Both the position numbers and the translations under genes were made by a program. From sequence record DRR723986_9304: 35,240 nucleotides of DNA. One strand, written 5' to 3'. The notes under the pieces were generated by a model. It saw only the letters and a list, made by a program, of their open reading frames with translations. It was not told where the DNA came from and searched no databases. Within the stretch, counting starts at the first letter, position 1. Each line of letters starts with the position of its first letter. Of this stretch, positions 28,241-35,240 are shown one piece after another.

Positions 28241-30631
28241 TTGGCATCAAATAAACCAAAACGCACGCGTTTAGAACGTGTTGCCTCTCTAAAACTAGAG
28301 CCCAGTGCGCTGAGTCGATGGCTGAGACAGCTATTTACGGGCCGTACGATGCTGCACGTTGCCATGGCAATCCTTGCCGCGGCAATGATCATCGTGACGC
28401 TTCGTGGCTGGCAGCCTGCGTTTTCGTTCCGCGAAGGCCAGATTCCTCAGCGGGACGTCGTCGCCCGAGTTGCCTTCGACATGATCGACACCGGGCAGAC
28501 TGATCAAAACCGGCGGCAGCGTCGCCGAAGCGTTTTGTGCTACTACGAAAACCGCCCGCTGGCCGTCAACCAAATGGCCGGCGTCGTCAAGAACGACCTT
28601 TCGATACTCCTGGACGATACTCCCGTCGACCAGTTGACTGCCGAAGGCAAGGCCGCGCTGAGTAGTTTTGGTGTGGAAGTGGACGCGTCCGATGAAACGT
28701 CCGACGAGTCAAATAGTCGCATCGGAGGGCCTGATAAACCAATCGATGCCGAGCAGGCGCTAACGTCGCTTCGGAAGTTGTTTCCCGAGCCTCAAATGTT
28801 GGAAGGTGGGAAGCTCGACGATGCTCTGAAGTCCGTACTTGGGCCAATTGCCGAAAAAGGCGTCTTGGATGCTCTGGCGCATGATAGTGAAGAGGGCAGC
28901 CAGCGACAGATCCACGTGTTCTTGACTGGCTCACCCAACGATGCACCGGTAGTTAGCGTCGCTGAAGTGCGCAAGTCGGAAATCGAAGCGGAGTTGCCCG
29001 AGCGAGTCTCGAAGCAGTTCCAGCAAACCTTCGAAGTGCCCGAGGCGGCGACGGTCGCCAGGATGGTAAGTCATCTGTTGGCCGAGCGGCTGCCAGTCAC
29101 GCTCTCGTATCAGAAGGATATGAGCGAAGAGGCACGACGCGTTGCCGAAGAATCCGTCCAGGATGCTACGATCTCGTACATTCCGACGGTCAGCCGCCTT
29201 GCAGAAGCAGGAAAACCACTCACCCAGGACGAAGAGCTCCCCAGGCTGCGTGCGGAATACGAACAGTGGATTGCACAGATGGCCAGCAGCGAGGTGTTGG
29301 TCCGTTTGGCCGCGTTCGCTGGGATGATAGTCGCCCTCTATTTGCTCTGCGGAATATACATTTACTACCAGTACGACTCTGGTTTGCTGTCCGACACGAA
29401 GCAATTGCTGCGGCTCCTGGGGCTAGTCGTTGTAACGTGCTTTCTGTGTAGCATGCTTGCGCCCGATCCGATGCGAGCGGAGATAGTGCCGCTTGTCATC
29501 TGCTCCTGGACGATGTCGATCGCCTTTGGCCGACAGGTTGCTTTGCTGGTCACGACCTGTCTCTGCTTGACCATTACGCTAGGGCTCGGACACGACATTG
29601 GTGAATTCGTGACGCTTTGCAGTGGCACCTGCGCGGCGGTCCTGCTGTTGGGGCGAATTCGCACGCGAACAAAACTCATCTACGTCGGTGCCGCGACCGG
29701 AACGATTGTTGCGCTCACGCACATGGGCGTCGACACGATGCTCGGCACCCTTCAAGCCCTTCCTTTGGCGGCGGATGCCGAAACGAGTTGGTATACGCTC
29801 GTGCCGGGACTTGTGAACGAATCATTGCGTCTGGGCGGGTTGGCCCTGATTGGGGCAGCTCTCATGTTCCTGGCGCTGCCGGCCGTTGAGTGGCTGTTTG
29901 ACGTTCAGACGGATCTCAGTCTCCTGGAGCTCGGCGACGCAAGCCATCAACTCCTCCGTCAACTCGCGCAGCGGGCACCTGGTACTTACAACCATTCGAT
30001 CAACGTTGCCGCAATTGCCGAAGCGGCTGCAGATTCCATTGGAGCCCACGGCCTGCTAACTCGCGTAGGGGCCTATTTCCACGACATCGGCAAAATGTTC
30101 AAACCGAACTACTTTGTCGAAAATCAAGACCACGGCGGCAATTGCCACGACCAATTGCAGCCCGCGATGAGCACCTTGGTCATTATTGCCCACGTCAAAG
30201 ATGGTGCTGACCTGGCCCGGCAACACCGATTGCCGAAGCGAATCATCGACTTCATTGAGCAGCATCACGGGACGACTTTGGTTGAGTACTTTTATCGCGA
30301 AGCTGCCAAGCGAAGCGCGGAAGATCCCAACAAGGAAGAGGTCTCGGAAACGTCGTTCCGCTATCCCGGCCCCAAGCCTCAGACTCTCGAAGCGGCCGTG
30401 TTGATGCTGGCCGATTCAGTCGAAAGTGCAAGTCGAACGCTGGTTGAACCAACTTCGTCTCGAATCCAAAGCTTGGTCGACTCCATCGCCATGAAAAAGC
30501 TGCTCGACGGGCAATTCGACCAATGCGGACTGACCCTACAGCAGCTTGATCAACTGAAGAGTTCGCTCGTTAAATCATTGACGGCAATTTACCACGGACG
30601 CGTAAAATACACTGGGCAGGCTTCGGCGTGA
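28241..30631 (+). CDS. 7TM-HD (HDIG) phosphohydrolase, PgpH-like
   Basis: N-terminal TM, large extracytoplasmic domain, TM bundle, then APGTYNHS, YFHDIGK, IEQHHGT, FRYPGPKP, MLADSVE. Confidence 0.93.
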   Translation: MASNKPKRTRLERVASLKLEPSALSRWLRQLFTGRTMLHVAMAILAAAMIIVTLRGWQPAFSFREGQIPQRDVVARVAFDMIDTGQTDQNRRQRRRSVLCYYENRPLAVNQMAGVVKNDLSILLDDTPVDQLTAEGKAALSSFGVEVDASDETSDESNSRIGGPDKPIDAEQALTSLRKLFPEPQMLEGGKLDDALKSVLGPIAEKGVLDALAHDSEEGSQRQIHVFLTGSPNDAPVVSVAEVRKSEIEAELPERVSKQFQQTFEVPEAATVARMVSHLLAERLPVTLSYQKDMSEEARRVAEESVQDATISYIPTVSRLAEAGKPLTQDEELPRLRAEYEQWIAQMASSEVLVRLAAFAGMIVALYLLCGIYIYYQYDSGLLSDTKQLLRLLGLVVVTCFLCSMLAPDPMRAEIVPLVICSWTMSIAFGRQVALLVTTCLCLTITLGLGHDIGEFVTLCSGTCAAVLLLGRIRTRTKLIYVGAATGTIVALTHMGVDTMLGTLQALPLAADAETSWYTLVPGLVNESLRLGGLALIGAALMFLALPAVEWLFDVQTDLSLLELGDASHQLLRQLAQRAPGTYNHSINVAAIAEAAADSIGAHGLLTRVGAYFHDIGKMFKPNYFVENQDHGGNCHDQLQPAMSTLVIIAHVKDGADLARQHRLPKRIIDFIEQHHGTTLVEYFYREAAKRSAEDPNKEEVSETSFRYPGPKPQTLEAAVLMLADSVESASRTLVEPTSSRIQSLVDSIAMKKLLDGQFDQCGLTLQQLDQLKSSLVKSLTAIYHGRVKYTGQASA

Positions 30632-31098
30632 GTGATCGATCGGCAACTATCGACATAGAGTACTACGTTGACTGTCCTCAAGATGAAGATCGCATTCGAG
30701 CGGCGGCCAATTGGATCGCAGCCAACGTGGCTCAGCGGCCGATGCAATGCAGTGTCAGTATCGTGGACGACCCGCAGATTCGTGAGGTCAACCGCGATAG
30801 CTTGGAACACGATTGGGAGACCGATGTTGTTAGCTTCGTGATCGAGGCCAATGATGCATTCGTTGATGGTGAAGTGATCGCGAGTTTCGATACGGCCTCT
30901 CGCTTGGCCGAAAAGGCTGGCTGGAAAGCGGTCGACGAGTTGCTACTGTACGTTGTTCACGGGATGTTACACGTCGCAGGTCTTGATGATATCGCCGATG
31001 ACGAGCGAAGGACCATGCGTGCCAAGGAGGTCGAATGCTTGACGGCAATTGGCGTCGATGCCCAGCATTTGCCCGAGAGGTGGGATGAAGTTGTTTAG
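30628..31098 (+). CDS. ybeY: rRNA maturation factor YbeY
   Basis: IREVN, TDVVSF, GEVI, HGMLHVAGLDD; GTGA overlap with the upstream gene. Confidence 0.93.
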   Translation: MSDRSATIDIEYYVDCPQDEDRIRAAANWIAANVAQRPMQCSVSIVDDPQIREVNRDSLEHDWETDVVSFVIEANDAFVDGEVIASFDTASRLAEKAGWKAVDELLLYVVHGMLHVAGLDDIADDERRTMRAKEVECLTAIGVDAQHLPERWDEVV

Positions 31099-31260
31099 AG
31101 TCGTAGCGGAATCAATGTGCTTGGATCTACCTAGCTGCGCTCGCCTTCTGCCCACGCAGATCGCCAGGAGCCTCACCACCGCGAAAGAGGCAATCACCCA
31201 ACACGCTGCTACCACAGACGCAGAGCTGGCAAGGATTACCGCCGGAGGCGTTGAGGCACA

Positions 31261-32580
31261 GTGAACATTAGCTATCTGGCAATGTTGATGCTCGTCTGCT
31301 GGGGCCTAACACTTCTCGGCGGACTGGGCCTCCACGTAATCGGCAACTTCGACGGCAAGAAGCTCGAAGCCTACTGTCGAATGAAACGCCGGCCCGAGCG
31401 CTTTGGCCATATTCTCGACAACCTCGAAGAACTGGAATCGGCCGCGCAGTACTTGCTACTATTCGGTTTAGTTCTCGGTTCGTTGGCCGCCGGTGCATGG
31501 TTTTATAATTCTGGTGACGTTGAATTCAACGCTGGAAAGTTATCCGCTTCGGTCGATGGCATCACAATCACACTGTGGGTCTTGAGCTGGATTATTCTCC
31601 TGACTCTCGCGGGGCTGTGGCTGCCACGTATCGTCGTTCGGCACTCGTCTTCTTTGTTCTTGTTCCACTCCTGGCCGGCATGGTTTGGTTTGGTGACAGT
31701 AACCGAGCCAATCGCTCGCCTTGGAAACGTTTTCTCATGGTTGGGACGCCGTCTGGTTGATCGTCCAAAGGACAATGAAACCGAAGAGGAGATGCTTGAG
31801 GATGAGATTCGCACGATGGTCGCTGCGGGCCAGCGCGATGGCGTCTTCTCCGAAGGCGTGCAAGAGATGATTCAAGGTGTTATGGAGCTGGACGAATCCG
31901 ACGTCGAAAGCATCATGACACAGCGCAGCAAAGTCGATGCGGTCAACCTGAATCAGCCTTGGGAAGTGATCATCAACCAAGTAATCGATTGTGGGCGGAC
32001 CAGGATCCCGGTATATCGTGATTCGTTCGACAATGTCGTTGGCATTCTCTTTGTAAAAGACCTGCTGAGCGGACTAGCCGACCTGGGCTCCCTTGTTTCC
32101 ACTGCGCAGTTGGAGAGCGTCCTTCGAAAGCCCTGGTTTATCCCTGGCAACAAGAAAGTTGACGAGTTACTGCGAGTGTTTTTGCATAATCGCAATCACA
32201 TGGCGATCGTCGTTGATGACTATCAACAAGTAATCGGTGTCGTCACAATCGAAGATGCTTTGGAAGAGATTGTTGGCGAAATTGCTGATGAATTGGACGT
32301 CGATGAAGACAGTGACATCTACTACGACGAAGAGACGCATCAAGTCGAAGCCGAGGGGAAAGTGCCGGTTGTCGAAGTTGGCAAGCTACTCGGCATCGAA
32401 CTGCCAGCCTCGGACGATTACGATACCGTCGGTGGTTTGATTGTGCATCGCTTGTCGGACATCCCTAAAGTTGGTGAGACCGTTGAAATCGGTGATGTTC
32501 GCATCACTGTCCTGAAGGCCAGCAAACGCATGATCCAGCGCGTCCGATTGGAAATGATCGAGCCCCAGGAATCCAGGTGA
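31261..32580 (+). CDS. Hemolysin/CorC-HlyC family protein (CNNM-like TM region, CBS pair, CorC domain)
   Basis: TM N-terminus; TRIPVY, HMAIVVDDY, VTIEDALEEIVGEIADE, DYDTVGG. Confidence 0.93.
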   Translation: MNISYLAMLMLVCWGLTLLGGLGLHVIGNFDGKKLEAYCRMKRRPERFGHILDNLEELESAAQYLLLFGLVLGSLAAGAWFYNSGDVEFNAGKLSASVDGITITLWVLSWIILLTLAGLWLPRIVVRHSSSLFLFHSWPAWFGLVTVTEPIARLGNVFSWLGRRLVDRPKDNETEEEMLEDEIRTMVAAGQRDGVFSEGVQEMIQGVMELDESDVESIMTQRSKVDAVNLNQPWEVIINQVIDCGRTRIPVYRDSFDNVVGILFVKDLLSGLADLGSLVSTAQLESVLRKPWFIPGNKKVDELLRVFLHNRNHMAIVVDDYQQVIGVVTIEDALEEIVGEIADELDVDEDSDIYYDEETHQVEAEGKVPVVEVGKLLGIELPASDDYDTVGGLIVHRLSDIPKVGETVEIGDVRITVLKASKRMIQRVRLEMIEPQESR

Positions 32581-32892
32581 TGGATTTGTCTGCTCTGGGA
32601 CGCTTCGGACGTGTCGCAGTCTCGTTTTCACGCGGTTAATTGTCGCCGGAAGCTGCTCGAAAGGGTGGTTTCGAGTTGTTGTCGGCGCGTTACCATTTAA
32701 CTGCAGCGTGAGGCTTGCGTGTGAAGGCTCTGTCCTTCTGCTCAAGCGTGACCTGCTCGACTGCTATCCATTGGGGCATCATCGATGGTGTGCGATGCAA
32801 GTGGTCCGGCTGATGAGTGCCCGCTGCAACCGCGAAAGAGAAACGCTGCCACAACTTATAACCAACTCGAAAATCTTGGATATCCACGTCTT

Positions 32893-35240
32893 ATGATCGA
32901 CTCGCGTTACCCAACAAGTGGGCGGAAGCTTCTCCGCAATTGCTTTGGCGTGTTGTTAGCCGGATTGTCCGTTTGGGGAATGAGTCCGACCGCTCATGGT
33001 GAAGAGCTGGCGGATGCGAAGGAATTGATTTCACAGACTCGCCAACTGACCTTTGCTGGCCGCCGCGCGGGGGAAGGTTACTTTTCGGCCGATGGGAGCA
33101 AGATGGTGTTCCAGAGCGAACGCCTGAGCAACAACCCATTCTTCCAGATCTACTTAATGGATCTCGAAACTGGCGACATGCAGCAGGTCTCGCCGGGCAC
33201 AGGCAAGACGACTTGTGCGTGGATTTCTCCGGCCGGTGACAAAGTCATGTACGCTTCGACGCAGTATGATCCCGAAGCGGTCAAGAAACAGACAGATGAA
33301 CTCGAGTTTCGCGCCTCGGGCAAGACACGTCGCTATTCCTGGGATTACGATCCAACTTATGAGATTGTTGCCTGGGATGCGAAATCGAAAGAGTATGAGC
33401 GTCTGACCAACACGCTTGGCTACGATGCTGAGGGCTCTTATTCGCCCGACGGTTCAAAGATCTGTTTCGCCTCGAATCGACGCGCTTACTCGGGAGAACT
33501 CTCCGCAAAGGAGCAAAAGCTCTTCGAGATCAATCCATCTTCGGCGATGGATATCTACATCATGAACGCAGATGGCTCGGGCGTGCAGCGTCTGACTGAC
33601 GCTATCGGATACGACGGTGGACCTTTCTTTTCTCCGGACGGCAAACAGATTTGCTGGCGGCGTTTCGATTCCAGCGGCGAGACCGCTGAGATTATGTTGA
33701 TGGACATCGACGGCAGTAACCAACGCGCGATCACTCGAATGGGCGTCATGAGTTGGGCGCCGTATTTTCATCCCAGTGGTGACTATTTGATATTCGGCAC
33801 CAACAAGCTGGGGTTCGATAATTTTGAACTCTACATCGTCGACGCTCAAGGCAAAGCGGATCCCGTTCGCGTTACGTTTCGGGATGGCTTTGACGGCTTG
33901 CCTGTCTTCAAGCCAGATGGAGAAACGCTGGTTTGGACCAGCAATGGTGGCGGTGATGAAAGCCAACTGTTTCAGGCCAAGTGGGACGATGCACTTGCTC
34001 GCAAATTGCTTTCCATTGAACCGTCCAGTGCATCGGACATGGAAGCCATCAAAATCGCTCGCGATGCGGCATCAGCCACTTCGGGCAGCTTCTCCGCGGC
34101 AGATGTTGGTCGACACATCGATTACCTTTGTCGTCCCGAACTTGGCGGACGGCTGACCGGTACCCGCGGTGAACGGCTGGCGACGGCCTACGTGGCTGCG
34201 TATTTGGAATCATTGGGTCTTCAGCCGGCCGGTGAGAATGGTTACTTCCACGAGTTTGATTTTGTTTCCGATGTGGCGTTGGGTGAATCCAACAAGCTGG
34301 CGTTCGGCGACGAAGAATACAAGCTCGGTACGCGTTGGCGACCAGTGTTTTTCTCCAAAGAGGGCGAGATCCCGGCAAGCGAAATTGTTTGTGCTGGCTA
34401 CGGAATTGTTGCACCTGCCGAAGGTGATTTTGACGAGTATGACAGCTACGTGCATCTGGATGTGCAAGACAAGTGGGTGCTCGTCTTCCGTCAAATGCCG
34501 CAAGACATATCTCCGGAGCGACGGCAGCATTTGTCGCGATACTCGGGAGAGCGTTTCAAAGCAATGGTCGCCCGAGACAATGGCGCTCGCGGAATTATCT
34601 TTGTCAGCGGCCCAACGAGTCCGCTTCGCAATCGGCTCGTTCCTCTGCAAATGGATGGCAGCCTAGGCGCGAGTAGTATTGCTGTCGTCAGTGTTGACGA
34701 TTCGGTGGCTCTGAAGTGGGCGACCGCTGCAGGGAAGGACCTGAAGGAAATTCAAAAGACGTTCGACAGTGGCGAGCCTTCGATGGGCATTCCCTTCGAA
34801 GGAGTGAGCGTGTCGGCGTTTATCGATATTGAACAAGTGACCAGTACCGGGCGGAACGTGATCGCAGTGCTGCCCGCCAAGGAAGGCGCGGAGGCGGAGC
34901 AGAGGGTCTTGATTGGTGCCCACATCGACCACCTAGGCAACGGTCAGGGCGGAGGCTCTTTGGCCAATGAAGACGAACAAGGGCAAGCTCACCGTGGGGC
35001 AGACGACAACGCTTCCGGTGTGGCTGCCGTCTTAGAGATTGCTCAATATTTTGCTGGTGCCAAGAAGCGAGGCCAGGTGGATCTCAAGCGAGATTTGATG
35101 TTTGCCTTCTGGAGTGGTGAGGAGCTTGGGCTTCGTGGTTCGCAAGCTTTTGTGGCTGATTACGAAGAAATCTATGGTCCGGTCGGTGCAGCCCATGGTC
35201 ATGCTGCTCACGGCGAAGCGACTCATGGCGAAGCGACTCA
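32893..35240 (+). CDS. Secreted TolB/PD40-repeat, PA-domain, M28 metallopeptidase; truncated at window end
   Basis: Read by hand (no stop, so absent from ORF track): signal peptide; EGYFSADG, EGSYSPDG, GPFFSPDG propeller repeats; GAHIDHLG, GADDNASG, FWSGEELGLRGS. Confidence 0.93.
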   Translation, partial: MIDSRYPTSGRKLLRNCFGVLLAGLSVWGMSPTAHGEELADAKELISQTRQLTFAGRRAGEGYFSADGSKMVFQSERLSNNPFFQIYLMDLETGDMQQVSPGTGKTTCAWISPAGDKVMYASTQYDPEAVKKQTDELEFRASGKTRRYSWDYDPTYEIVAWDAKSKEYERLTNTLGYDAEGSYSPDGSKICFASNRRAYSGELSAKEQKLFEINPSSAMDIYIMNADGSGVQRLTDAIGYDGGPFFSPDGKQICWRRFDSSGETAEIMLMDIDGSNQRAITRMGVMSWAPYFHPSGDYLIFGTNKLGFDNFELYIVDAQGKADPVRVTFRDGFDGLPVFKPDGETLVWTSNGGGDESQLFQAKWDDALARKLLSIEPSSASDMEAIKIARDAASATSGSFSAADVGRHIDYLCRPELGGRLTGTRGERLATAYVAAYLESLGLQPAGENGYFHEFDFVSDVALGESNKLAFGDEEYKLGTRWRPVFFSKEGEIPASEIVCAGYGIVAPAEGDFDEYDSYVHLDVQDKWVLVFRQMPQDISPERRQHLSRYSGERFKAMVARDNGARGIIFVSGPTSPLRNRLVPLQMDGSLGASSIAVVSVDDSVALKWATAAGKDLKEIQKTFDSGEPSMGIPFEGVSVSAFIDIEQVTSTGRNVIAVLPAKEGAEAEQRVLIGAHIDHLGNGQGGGSLANEDEQGQAHRGADDNASGVAAVLEIAQYFAGAKKRGQVDLKRDLMFAFWSGEELGLRGSQAFVADYEEIYGPVGAAHGHAAHGEATHGEAT
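35191..35240 (+). repeat. 15-bp in-frame tandem repeat encoding His-rich (A/T)HGxA units
   Basis: gcccatggtcatgct gctcacggcgaagcg actcatggcgaagcg actca, running off the window. Confidence 0.85.

Noticed and set aside
32690-35226. Many small ORFs listed in the track for this region
   Set aside because: Nearly all are shadows of the long stop-free peptidase frame starting at 32893; the two upstream of it have no motif support.

Overview
Bacterial chromosomal window whose gene families and order point to a Planctomycetota (Pirellulaceae-like) genome; this taxonomy is an inference. Most of it is core or housekeeping: a DEAD-box helicase, a PHP metallohydrolase, glgB, an unusually long LptD, an ECF sigma/anti-sigma pair, AMP nucleosidase, a PAS-GAF-REC protein, a DUF4097 lipoprotein, a purA-uppS-cdsA-phoH-7TM/HD-ybeY-corC run, and a TolB-PA-M28 peptidase cut off by the window end (absent from the ORF track). 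The most notable signal is a ~165-nt, heavily base-paired minus-strand element (10975-11146) with a four-way junction, a GNRA-capped hairpin and a U7 tail. It lies directly upstream of an RNase HI-like gene that has lost its catalytic acidic residues, followed by glgB, and is a candidate undescribed ncRNA/pseudo-nuclease module. The left ~2 kb holds three short co-oriented orphan genes flanked by decayed attC-like sites, possibly integron cassette remnants. Other oddities include a pseudo-receiver domain, a possible coupled small ORF between the sigma and anti-sigma genes, and a Tyr/His-rich secreted protein. No rRNA, tRNA, CRISPR array or transposase was seen. All RNA structures were folded by eye, not computed.
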